A stretch of DNA of 64,000 nucleotides from Macrostomum lignano (lineage: Eukaryota). Of this stretch, positions 50,349 through 62,767 are shown one piece after another. The stretch is from the NCBI GenBank assembly GCA_002269645.1, contig NIVC01001040.1, forward strand, positions 62,001 to 126,000. The letters are read 5' to 3'. Made by a program: the position numbers and the translations under genes. Within the stretch, counting starts at the first letter, position 1, and each line of letters begins with the position of its first letter. The notes beneath the pieces were generated by a model. It made no database searches. It was not told the origin of the DNA and saw only the letters and a program-made list of their open reading frames with translations.

Positions 50349-50509
50349 ATACACCTCATTGATTGCTCGTCCTCGCGTGTACGTGTATCGTGTACTAATG
50401 TACGTCTTGCTTATTAAATATATATGCGCGTGCGCTAACTAGCAGTCGCTCAAGTTTTCTCAAGAAGTTCTTACTTACTTAACCAGTGGAGTCCGTGTGA
50501 GTTACTACA
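50262..50509. mobile_element. Possible solo-LTR-like insertion (~250 bp)
   Basis: Unique sequence inside the satellite, bounded by TGT...ACA; TSD ambiguous (CATC fits only if the element ends in TA). Confidence 0.3.
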
Positions 50510-51253
50510 TCTAATATAGTAATAATATAGGATCTAGTATAGTATCTAACAAGTGACATCAGTATCTAACGGGTGACATCGGTATCTAACAGGTGACATC
50601 GGTATCTAACGGGTGACATCGGTATCTAACGGGTGACATCGGTATCTAACGGGTGACATCGGTATCTAACGGGTGACACCAGTATCTAACAGAAGACACC
50701 AGTATCTAAAAGGTGACACCAGTATCTAACAGGTGACATCAGTATCTAACGGGTGACTGGCCACTGGAGAGACCGCGCGTTAGTGCCCAGTCGACGAAAA
50801 ATATCGCGCCACTTAACTAATCAATAATTAATTCGTCACTTGACAGTCATGATACTTGATTTTCTGATTTAAATTTAGTGAAATTTAATTTCCACGACAC
50901 GCACAATTTGTGCACGAATTTGAAAGTTGGATTCAATTTCCTTGGATTGATGCTTTGAAAAAATTACCTGATCAAAGAAATGATCCATTAAAATTGCTAT
51001 TTTTTAATTGCTTGGTTTAGAGGACTGCTGAGACTTTAAACTATACAGCCAGGGTGTCCTAGTAGCTTGACTACGGGCTACTGTGGTATATTTGATTGGG
51101 TAAATATTTCATGTAACACAATATCCGCTAACATCCGCATAGAGAAGCTATTATTTTGTATGGGCTAATTGGGGAATTAAAGCAAGCTTACGCGAAAATA
51201 GTTAATGTTTTTTAGCATGTAGATATTATGTCAAACATTTGGAAAGTCTCGCA

Positions 51254-51644
51254 TCAACGCTTGACTTCAAACTTGACGTCTTTGCACTCGTTGATTGTTT
51301 CGCAAGAATCTAAAATAGAAAAAAATGTCAGTAAAGATATCTGGATTGTGAAATATTTTATTTGAAACTTTCTATTTGGTAGAGAAGGAACAGCTTCTTA
51401 CCAGCAGTGCAGCAGATGCCTCTGGAAGCGCAGCGACCCTTGCCTCCCAGACAGACGGTGGCGACGCGACCGCAGCCAAGGACTTTCGCTGGCAGACGGC
51501 GACACGCGGCGGTGTCCGGGCCGAAGCCGACGCGATATCCGCCGTGGGGGTGACAGCAGATGGCGCGGCCGAAACAGCGGCCCCAGCCGTGGGAGCAGCT
51601 CAGGCAGGGACCGTTGATGGTATTGGTTGCCGGTACATGACTGC
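51254..51644 (-). pseudogene. Neurophysin-only remnant of the OT/VP-type gene, copy B (exons 51402-51644 and 51254-51309)
   Basis: Splice sites and frame intact, but a conserved Cys is TAT (Tyr, 51535-51537) and the signal/nonapeptide exon is deleted. Confidence 0.88.
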
Positions 51645-51860
51645 CTGCGGGTTTGAAGTTATGGTAGACTTTAAAATACCTGTGTTTGGATTCGGCGTGC
51701 CGTTACATTAATTTGAGGTTCAAGGCCCAGGGCTGGCTGGCCATCTCAAAATGCCCACAGTGTGCATACTGTTGTAGCACAGTGGTACAGCGTCGGACTA
51801 TCGAAAAAAGCCACAGAACTCTTAACGGTTCCTGGATATTGAAAAGCTCGGTGCAGCCAG

Positions 51861-52295
51861 CTGTGCTACTGCAAGTACTGAATATGGCTCGCTTGACTGC
51901 AATCTGCATGAATTTGTGTCTGACTTTGCTGCCTTCACTTCACCCAGCTGTGCTACTGCAAGTACTGAATATGGCTCGCTTGACTGCAATCTGCATGAAT
52001 TTGTGTCTGACTTTGCTGCCTTCACTTCACCCTGCTGTGCTACTGCAAGTACTGAATATGGCTCGCTTGACTGCAGTCTGCATGAATTTGTGTCTGACTT
52101 TGCTGCCTTCACTTTACCCAGCTGTGCTACTGCAAGTACTGAATATGGCTCGCTTGACTGCAGTCTGCATGAATTTGTGTCTGACTTTGCTGCCTTCACT
52201 TCACCCTGCTGTGCTACTGCAAGTACTGAATATGGCTCGCTTGACTGCAGTCTGCATGAATTTGTGTCTGACTTTGCTGCCTTCACTTCACCCTG
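51861..52295. repeat. 87-bp unit x5, copy B (single unit in copy A at 20748-20834)
   Basis: Period 87 (51861, 51948, ...). Confidence 0.96.
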
Positions 52296-52815
52296 CTGTG
52301 GCACCTCATCAATGGCGCTTTGTGCTCAAATGCAGTTTATTTATAAATTTATTAATAATTTTGCATTTTGTACTCACGGTTTATTTTGCTAATCTTTATA
52401 CACAGTTCAGGTGTGCATTTTGTAATCCACCTTTGATAATCTTTGGATTTATTTATCCGGTGCAACAGACTGACCCTGCTTCTACTCGCCCCGACCCTAG
52501 CCATCCAAGCAGCTCCAGACCAGCCGAGCTCAATGCCTAGAGGACAATGGCGAAGCTGAGGTTTAAGGGCCGAGCCGGCAGCCTGCGAACGCGTGTCAAA
52601 AGAAGACTCGCTGCAAATGCTTTTTTAGGAGGGGGGGGGGTTGATGGCTGCCTAAAAGCGGCACAGAGACAAGATGCGTGAGCGCTAACCCTGCCCCGCT
52701 CAAACAATTCACTGCTTTGCATTGCGCTTGTGCTCTCAGCAAAAATTTACTGCCTTTGATATTCGGCACTTCGTGTTTTCAGATGCGAGCCTCCCACTCA
52801 TATTGGGCGTTTAGA

Positions 52816-53975
52816 ATTAGGGAGAGGGGCAGGGAGAGACAGGCTGGGATGTAGGGTGAGGGGCAGGGAGAGACAGGCTCGGATGTAGGGTGAGGGGCAG
52901 GGAGAGAAAGGCTGGGATGTAGGGTGAGGGGCAGGGAGAGAGACAGGCTGGGATGTAGGGTGAGGGGCACGGAGAGAGAAAGGCTGGGATGTAGGGTGAG
53001 GGCAGGGAGAGAGACAGGCTGGGATGTAGGGTGAGGGGCAGGGAGGGAGACAGGCTGGGATGTAGGGTGAGGGGCAGGGAGAGAGACAGGCTGGGATGTA
53101 GGGTGAGGGGCAGGGAGAGAGACAGGCTGGGATGTAGGGTGAGGGCAGGGAGAGAGACAGGCTGGGATGTAGGGTGAGGGCAGGGAGAGAGACAGGCTGG
53201 GATGTAGGGTGAGGGGCAGGGAGAGAGAAAGGCTGGGATGTAGGGTGAGGGGCAGGGAGAGAGAAAGGCTGGGATGTAGGGTGAGAAGCAGGGAGGGAGA
53301 CAGGCTGGGATGTAGGGTGAGGGGCAGGGAGAGAGACAGGCTGGGATGTAGGGTGAGGGGCAGGGAGAGAGACAGGCTGGGATGTAGGGTGAGGGGCAGG
53401 GAGAGAGACAGGCTGGGATGTAGGGTGAGGGACAAGAAGAGATAGGCTGGGATGTAGGGTGAGAAGCAGGGAGGGAGAAAGGCTGGGATGTAGGGTGAGG
53501 GGCAGGGAGAGAGACAGGCTGGGATGTAGGGTGAGGGGCAGGGAGAGAGAAAGGCTGGGATGTAGGGTGAGGGGCACGGAGAGAGAAAGGCTGGGATGTA
53601 GGGTGAGAAGCAAGGAGAGAGACAGGCTGGGATGTAGGGTGAGGGGCAGGGAGAGAGACAGGCTGGGATGTAGGGTGAGAAGCAAGGAGAGAGACAGGCT
53701 GGGATGTAGGGTGAGGGGCAGGGAGAGAGACAGGCTGGGATGTAGGGTGAGGGGCAGGGAGAGAGACAGGCTGGGATGTAGGGTGAGGGGCAGGGAGAGA
53801 GACAGGCTGGGATGTAGGGTGAGAGGCAGGGAGGGAGACAGGCTGGGATGTAGGGTGAGGGGCAGGGAGAGAGAAAGGCTGGGATGTAGGGTGAGGGCAG
53901 GGAGAGAGACAGGCTGGGATGTAGGGTGAGGGGCAGGGAGAGAGACAGGCTGAGATGTAGGGTGAGAGGCAGGGC
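52816..53975 (+). repeat. 36-bp G-rich minisatellite, copy B array 1 (~32 units)
   Basis: Same unit as 21358-27325. Confidence 0.96.
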
Positions 53976-55063
53976 TGGCAAAATACCTTCCAAAATACCT
54001 TCAAAATCGCGAACAAACAGCTGCCATCAATCTAATCACTTCATCACTTCATAACTTGCATCACTTCTTGCCCTCGTGGATATATAGTCGTTCAGTTAAA
54101 AAATAGTTTTAAATCTCCGCAAACAATATCGCTTACAATACGCTACTCATAGTACTCATAAGAATACCATTTGTTGTTAAAGAGAAGAAGGCTGCATGGA
54201 ATTTTTCCAGAAACTCGTTGGCACCTGAAGATTCGCTATGCTGGAGTTTTTTACTCAAAAGCGAATGACAAAACTCTTACACTGCCGTGAGTCGTGCCTC
54301 GGCTCTCGGGGGTGGGTCAGCTTGTGTTTTGTTGCGCACCTGTAAGAATTCAATTTTATTGCACATTCGAGTCCGCCTCTCCATCGATTTCATTGTCCGC
54401 ATTTGGCTTGTAAAAAAACTGGCTTCTCAAGCAGCTGATTGCATTTTATAACAAATGCTCGCTCAGCTCGAGTTTTGTTTAGCTGCGAGCTTGAGCAGTC
54501 CTGCTCACAGGGCTCTCTTCGCCAGCTACATGAGCACGCATATCAACTGACAGAATTCAGCAATCCACCCTCGCTTTGGCCCACTGATGTTCCACACTTC
54601 TTTATATTTTTGCCTCCAAGAAGTCCAAAAGCAACAGCCAATCAGATTTTGTTGCCGATGCGCAGATTTTTAGTGGCGATAAAAGTGAAAATTGAATACT
54701 GATTTATTATTTCGAAAACGTTGGACTACCCTTAGAAAATGAGAAACAGTCCATCACAGGCGCGTGTGGTTGGTGCTGACTCACACAGCCATCCCTCAGG
54801 TAGCTGACTGCTCACACAGCCAGTGCAGTTACATGTGCATTATTTATCCGGTGCAACAGACTGGCTCAGCAGTTCAGCATTAATAATCTAGTTTTTCATC
54901 TGCATTGCTCAAATAAAAGTATTGCTGTTTCAATGTTTCTGTCAGATCACTAATGGATGACAATGCAGAGCAGCACATGTAAAGTATGTGCATTTGAGCA
55001 TAAAGTTCTCGGCTGGTGTTTGTCTTTGCTATTTTGTTCGTGGTTTGGAATCTCAGATTCGTG

Positions 55064-57630
55064 CTCATGTGCCATGACTAATATCTCATGCACACAGTCA
55101 TTTCTCATGTGCAATGACCCATATCTCATGCACACAGCCATTGCTCATGTGCAATGACCATATCTCATGCACACAGCCATTGCTCATGTGCAATGACACA
55201 TATCTCATGCACACAGCCATTGCTCATGTGCAATGACACATATCTCATGCACACAGCCATTGCTCATGTGCCATGACCCATATCTCATGCACACAGCCAT
55301 TGCTCATGTGCAATGACCCATATCTCATGCACACAGCCATTGCTCATGTGCCATGACTAATATCTCATGCACACAGCCATAGCTCATGTGCCATGACCCA
55401 TATCTCATGCACACAGTCATTTCTCATGTGCAATGACCCATATCTCATGCACACAGCCATTGCTCATGTGCAATGACACATATCTCATGCACACAGCCAT
55501 TGCTCATGTGCAATGACACATATCTCATGCACACAGCCATTGCTCATGTGCAATGACACATATCTCATGCACACAGCCATTGCTCATGTGCCATGACCCA
55601 TATCTCATGCACACAGCCATTGCTCATGTGCAATGACCCATATCTCATGCACACAGCCATTGCTCATGTGCAATGACCCATATCTCATGCACACAGCCAT
55701 TGCTCATGTGCAATGACACATATCTCATGCACACAGCCATTGCTCATGTGCAATGACCCATATCTCATGCACACAGTCATTTCTCATGTGCAATGACACA
55801 TATCTCATGCACACAGCCATTGCTCATGTGCAATGACCCATATCTCATGCACACAGCCATTGCTCATGTGCAATGACCCATATCTCATGCACACAGCCAT
55901 TGCTCATGTGCAATGACCCATATCTCATGCACACAGCCATTGCTCATGTGCAATGACCCATATCTCATGCACACAGCCATTGCTCATGTGCATGACCCAT
56001 ATCTCATGCACACAGCCATTGCTCATGTGCAATGACCCATATCTCATGCACACAGCCATTGCTCATGTGCAATGACACATATCTCATGCACACAGCCATT
56101 GCTCATGTGCCATGACCATATCTCATGCACACAGCCATTGCTCATGTGCAATGACACATATCTCATGCACACAGCCATTGCTCATGTGCAATGACCCATA
56201 TCTCATGCACACAGCCATTGCTCATGTGCAATGACACATATCTCATGCACACAGCCATTGCTCATGTGCCATGACCCATATCTCATGCACACAGCCATTG
56301 CTCATGTGCAATGACCCATATCTCATGCACACAGCCATTGCTCATGTGCTATGACCCATATCTCATGCACACAGCCATTTCTCATGTGCAATGACCCATA
56401 TCTCATGCACACAGCCATTGCTCATGTGCCATAACTAATATCTCATGCACACAGCCATTGCTCATGTGCCATGACACATATCTCATGCACACAGCCATTT
56501 TTCATGTGCCATGACACATATCTCATGCACACAGCCATTGCTCATGTGCCATGACCCATATCTCATGCACACAGCCATTGCTCATGTGCAATGACACATA
56601 TCTCATGCACACAGCCATTTCTCATGTGCCATGACACATATCTCATGCACACAGCCATTGCTCATGTGCCATGACCCATATCTCATGCACACAGCCATTG
56701 CTCAAGTGCCATGACTAATATCTCATGCACACAGCCATAGCTCATGTGCCATGACCCATATCTCATGCACACAGCCATTGCTCATGTGCAATGACCCATA
56801 TCTCATGCACACAGCCATTGCTCATGTGCCATAACTAATATCTCATGCACACAGCCATTGCTCATGTGCCATGACCCATATCTCATGCACACAGCCATTG
56901 CTCATGTGACATGACACATATCTCATGCACACAGCCATTGCTCATGTGCAATGACACATATCTCATGCACACAGCCATTGCTCATGTGCCATGACCCATA
57001 TCTCATGCACACAGCCATTGCTCATGTGCCATGACCCATATCTCATGCACACAGCCATTGCTCATGTGCTATGACCCATATCTCATGCACACAGCCATTG
57101 CTCATGTGCCATGACCCATATCTCATGCACACAGCCATTGCTCATGTGCCATGACCCATATCTCATGCACACAGCCATTGCTCATGTGCTATGACCCATA
57201 TCTCATGCACACAGCCATTGCTCATGTGCCATGACCCATATCTCATGCACACAGCCATTGCTCATGTGCCATGACTAATATCTCATGCACACAGCCATTG
57301 CTCATGTGCCATGACTAATATCTCATGCACACAGCCATTGCTCATGTGCAATGACCCATATCTCATGCACACAGCCATTGCTCATGTGCCATGACCCATA
57401 TCTCATGCACACAGCCATTGCTCATGTGCCATGACTAATATCTCATGCACACAGCCATTGCTCATGTGCCATGACTAATATCTCATGCACACAGCCATTG
57501 CTCATGTGCAATGACCCATATCTCATGCACACAGCCATTGCTCATGTGCCATGACATATCTCATGCACACAGCCATTGCTCATGTGCCATGACACATATC
57601 TCATGCACACAGCCATTGCTCATGTGCCAT
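55064..57630. repeat. 40-bp minisatellite, copy B (~64 units)
   Basis: Same unit as 29732-31103. Confidence 0.97.
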
Positions 57631-60600
57631 AACCATCTGATTGTCTCTATTGTGTTTCTCCAACCATCTCCCTTTTACACACCCCTCCCACCCATCCCCC
57701 TCTCACCTATCCCCTCTCACCCATCCCCCTCTCACCCATCCCCTCTCACCCATCCCCCTCTCATCCTCCCCCTCTCGCCAGCTTCTCTATTCTCCATCAG
57801 ATCCCAGCTCAGTTTCTCTATTCTCCATCAGATCCCAGCTCAGCTTCTCTATTCTCCATCAGATCCCAGCTCACCTTCTCTATTCTCCATCAGATCCCAG
57901 CTCAAACCCAAAAAACGCTTGTTTTCTCCTGTTTTGAGAAAGCTAAAAAAGCTAAAAGTGCAGCTGGCCGCCAGCCCAGACAGTGGGGGGGGGCAGGCAG
58001 GGTGCTCAAGCACAATGCAGAGTCTCCATTGTGCGAGGCTGGGGCTGCAACTCATTCGGGAGCAGCCGCCACTGCAGCCTCAGACAGCTCAGGTTTGCGC
58101 TGCTCATCTCGGCAGCTTCATCGCTAATTAAATCTTCAACCTTCATCGTTAGCGGCCCCCCAGCTCAGCACTCGCAGTGCGACAGTCTGGCGTGATAAAA
58201 GCGGCCGGCAAAGAGAAAACTGCTCGAGTTCGCAATCACCCCATACTGGCCTCCCGAACCACCCAACCCCCCCCGCAACCCCTGCCTGAGACAAACAAGT
58301 CCAGCTACAACGCAACTCCACCCAGCTCACTGCTCAAAACAGATCAGGTTGCCCCCCAGAGTCTGCCAAACTGCAGGGAGGCTGGCAGAGCGGTGCGCTG
58401 GCCTGAGAATAGCGAGCGAGCAGAGTTAATTACTGCTTGAGGTCGAGCTGGCCTCTCTAACCACCCGCTCTCTACGACTCAAGACTGCGTTTTGTCATAA
58501 ATAAGGCATTGTTGCCATGCTCGAATCTCAGAATTTGATGGCTCTCAGGCCATTCAGTGCGGCTCAAAGCCTGTCTGTTGCTGCTGGCTGCAGGTGGCAG
58601 GAGTGCAAAATGCAGTGAGTTGCTGCGGCCGAGAGCTGGACAGAATTGAGATGGGCTGCCAGAGCTCGCTGCACTTTAATAATAAACAACTGATGAAGCC
58701 CGAGACTGCAATTGAGGGGCTGAGCAGCTGCCTCTTGCGAAAAATTTATACATGTACTGTGGTTCGATTCTGTGCGATTGGCCTGAGGTGATTCCCAGCC
58801 CAGCCATGAAGGCCAACTTCTTAGGCACTCTGGTACAATGGGTTGGTTTTTAATGGAGCTGAACCAATATCAACTAAAATCACTGTACTAATCAGCATAC
58901 CTGTACACTATGCGGACAATGCGATAGGATTTCAAGGATTGCTTTTTGGACTTCTGCTGGGTCACAGATTCATGGGAAATCAGTAGTTTCCAGGGCACAT
59001 CAGTAGTCTTCACAAGATGCGTGGGCCCACAGGTAAGCAAATTCAGCAGGTATCAAGTAGGCTGAGCCATGGCTGGAGGTGCGATAATGCGGTTCCGGCT
59101 GGTTGCAGTGATAAGCAATGGTACAGTAGAAAATATTTTAAACTCTGCTGCTTGCTCCATTTTCAGCAGGGCTTATTGGTCCTCGCTGCACTCCGTGCCT
59201 GCTTATCTACTCAACCGAGCTCCAAACTTGGTGACCGCGTGCCTGCCCAGAGCTGAGCAAAACTATTTGAGCGGGAAAAGTGAGCAACAACTGCATCGGT
59301 CCCTGCACACCAGTGCCTCACCTCCAGTCAGCCGGGTTTGCCATCCCAACAGACTGCACCCAAAACAGGGCGGCTCACTCCTCAGGCCCGCGCACTGGTC
59401 CCTCCTACCGGGTACCGGATGCCTGTGCCGCCTACGGCCCCTCGGTCTCTCCTCCAGCCGTCTGTCACTAGCGGACACAAAAGTTGCAGCCAACAAGGGG
59501 GTCGCACCCACCTTCCTGCCGCTGCCGTGACGCGAACTCGAGTGAGTTCCAACATTCAGATAGCAGAGTGGCGTTCCGTGGTCGCCGCAGTGCTGCTCCG
59601 TCTGCCTCCTCACCTCGAGGTGGCTTTTCCCAAGGGCGAACGGATTCCGCCCCCAAGAGCCGTGGTGTCGGGTTGCTGACGCCTGCGGGGTACTCTCAAA
59701 GGGTAACCATTGTCTTACGCTTGACCAGCATGCTTGACTCCCCTAAGAGCTGGCATGCTTCGCCTTCTAAGGTGACTATCTAACACTAGCAAGCAACTTT
59801 AATTAAGCAAACAGTTTTCAACTTTACTCTTTTTTGTTTATTTACTGAATTTTTCTGAATAGAGCAATTTTAATGCCATCAGTCGGTGCACATGGCTGGA
59901 TTTGGTAGGCCTTTTTGCCTTAATTTTAGCGGACAGCACCTGGGATCAAGTCAACAGGTCGTTTGCTGTGTCACATGACAAGGCTGATTCCTATAGCCGA
60001 GCCACAACGTCTCAAACATCCGGTTCTGTTGACGCCAGCACCCTACTAGCCCTGCGTGATGCTGTCTAGTCCGCTCTCTCACACTGTATGACTGCCTCGC
60101 AGACATCGCAGTCCAGAGTTTTCATCGTGGACTCCGTCTGACGAGGCAACCAGACAGCGGTTGAAATTGACATCGCCTGCATGTGCACCGATGTGTCTAC
60201 ATAATTCAATATTTTACAATTTTTATTTAAACTAATGAATACAGTAATCGATACATTTCACTGCAACTCAGCCTCTGCCGCATGTCATCCTCCAGCTCTT
60301 GTCTTTTGCCGCTCATGTCCTCTTGGTTGGAAAAACTGGTGTTTTCTAAGAAATGCTTGTCCAGACTCCGGAAAGTCAGGCAACCAGCATGTATAGGCGG
60401 TTTTTCGTGGGTCGGAATGGGCGGTGATCGCTGCACCTCCTTTTACTTTCAGTATGTGCAGACCAAGTCTTATAACTGCAATGGCTCCATTGTTCGGGCG
60501 CAAGTTGAAAGTTTCTCTTCTTTTCCGCGCTCATATTTGTGCTCAGTCGCTTTATTCGAAACCTGCACAATAGCAAGAAGGTTAGAGAACTACGCAATAG

Positions 60601-60806
60601 CAACTACTTGAGTGAAAAAATGAACGCCTGTACGCCAGTTCCATGTGAACACGGCTGGATCGGACCCGGCCGTCGTGCATCATCGTTGATGCTGCTGCTG
60701 ATGGTTGTGTGAGCCGAGCTACGTTGGGTGCCTTAGACAAAGGCAGCGTCCGCAGCGTTGGGGCCTACTTCTTAGCTTTGGTCCCCTTCGCTCCAGGCTC
60801 ACATTG

Positions 60807-62122
60807 GGTCTGGGACTGGGGCTGGGACTGGGACTTGGACTGGGACTGGGGCTAGGAATGGGGCTGGGACTGGAACTGGGACTGGGACTTAGACTGGGAC
60901 TGGGAATGGGGCTGGGAATGGGCTGGGACTGGGACTTGGACTGGGACTGGGACTGGGGCTGGGAATGGGGCTGGGAATGGGGCTTGGACTGGGGCTGGAA
61001 ATGGGGCTGGGAATGGGGCTGGGACTGGGGCTTGGACTGAGGCTGGGACTAGGGCTAGGAATGGGACTGGGAATGGGGCTTGGACTGGGGCTGGGACTGG
61101 GGCTGGGAATGGGGCTGGGACTGGGACTTAGACTGGGACTGGGAATGGGGCTGGGAATGGGCTGGGACTGGGACTTGGACTGGGACTGGGACTGGGGCTG
61201 GGAATGGGGCTGGGAATGGGGCTTGGACTGGGGCTGGAAATGGGGCTGGGAATGGGGCTGGGACTGGGGCTTGGACTGAGGCTGGGACTAGGGCTGGGAA
61301 TGGGACTGGGAATGGGGCTTGGACTGGGGCTGGGACTGGGCTGGGAATGGGGCTGGGACTGGGACTTCGACTGGGACTGGGACTGGGGCTGGGAATGGGG
61401 TTGGGAATGGGGCTTGGACTGGGCTGGGAATGGGGCTTGGACTGGGACTTCGACTGGGACTGGGACTGGGGCTGGGAATGGGGCTTGGACTGGGGCTGGG
61501 AATGGGGCTTGGACTGGGACTTGGACTGGACTGGGACTGGGGCTGGGAATGGGGCTGGGAATGGGGCTTGGACTTGGGCTGGAAATGGGGCTGGGAATGG
61601 GGCTGGGACTGGGCTTGGACTGGGGCTGGGACTGGGGCTGGGAATGGGACTGGGAATGGGGCTTGGACTGGGGCTGGGACTGGGGCTGGGAATGGGGCTG
61701 GGAATGGGACTGGGAATAGGGCTGGGACTGGGACTTGGACTGGGACTGGGACTGGGGCTGGGAATGGGGCTGGGAATGGGGCTGGGACTGGGACTTGGAC
61801 TGGGACTGGGACTGGGGCTGGGACTGGGGCTGGGAATGGGGCTGGGAATGGGACTGGGAATGGGGCTGGGACTGGGACTTGGACTGGGACTGGGACTGGG
61901 GCTGGGAATGGGGCTGGGAATGGGGCTTGGACTGGGGCTGGGAATGGGGCTGGGACTGGGGCTGGGAATGGGGCTGGGAATGGGGCTGGGACTGGGGCTG
62001 GGAATGGGGCTTGGACTGGGGTTGGGAATGGGGCTGGGATTGGGAATGGGGCTGGGGCCGGGGCTGGGAATGGGGCTGGGACTGAGGCTGGGACTGGGCT
62101 GGGAATGGGGCTGAGGCCGGGG
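60807..62122 (+). repeat. Hexamer-based G-rich satellite, copy B
   Basis: Near-collinear with 34381-35700. Confidence 0.96.
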
Positions 62123-62767
62123 CTAATAAAGACTTGTTTTCTCCAGTTTCTAGAAAGCTAAATAGGCTAAAAGTGCAGCTGGCCGGCAGCCAGCCTCCGC
62201 CCGTCATCTCTGAGCACAAAAGCGAAGGTGCAGTGAGGGGAAGGCAGGGTGCTCAAGCACAATGCAGAGTCTCCATTGTGCAAGGCTGGGGCTGAAAATC
62301 ATTCGGGAGCAGCCGCCAGTGCAGCCTCCGACAGCTCAGCATCTCTGCAGCCTCATCGCTAATTAAATCTCGCTTTTGCAATGACCTTGATTCTCAGTGC
62401 CCCTGATATGTCATGCTGTCAAGAGCTGCATTTTCTGAACAGCTGCTGTGTACTGCTGGGATTCGACAGCTCAGCCCCATCTCACTCTGCATCATTTAGA
62501 GCTGCTAGCCTCCTCTCTGCAGAGGCCCTGAGCAGCTCATTGTGCCACCGTACTGACCGCCTTTGTCTCTCATGAAATGCTGAATTACTTGGCAACTCCT
62601 TTGCACCTCATCTTCTCAGCTGCCCGCTTCGGACTGCCTTAGGCTTGGGGTGGGCGCTCAGCCTCGAGTCTCTCAGCATCTCCGCAAAGCACTGCTCACT
62701 GGCCTCTCAGCTCTTGGGTGGTCTGTCTTTCACCTGCATGCACAAGCTCTGTTTATCAGCCACCTGA

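Larger units (their letters stand above)
47582..50756. repeat. 20-bp ATCAGTATCTAACAGGTGAC array, copy B, fragmented by insertions
   Basis: Blocks at 47582-48082, 49479-49701, 50120-50261 and 50541-50756. Confidence 0.9.

Noticed and set aside
51686-52540. 284-aa hydrophobic ORF with five 29-aa repeats
   Set aside because: Produced by the 87-bp expansion plus the deletion junction; no sound start or splice context.
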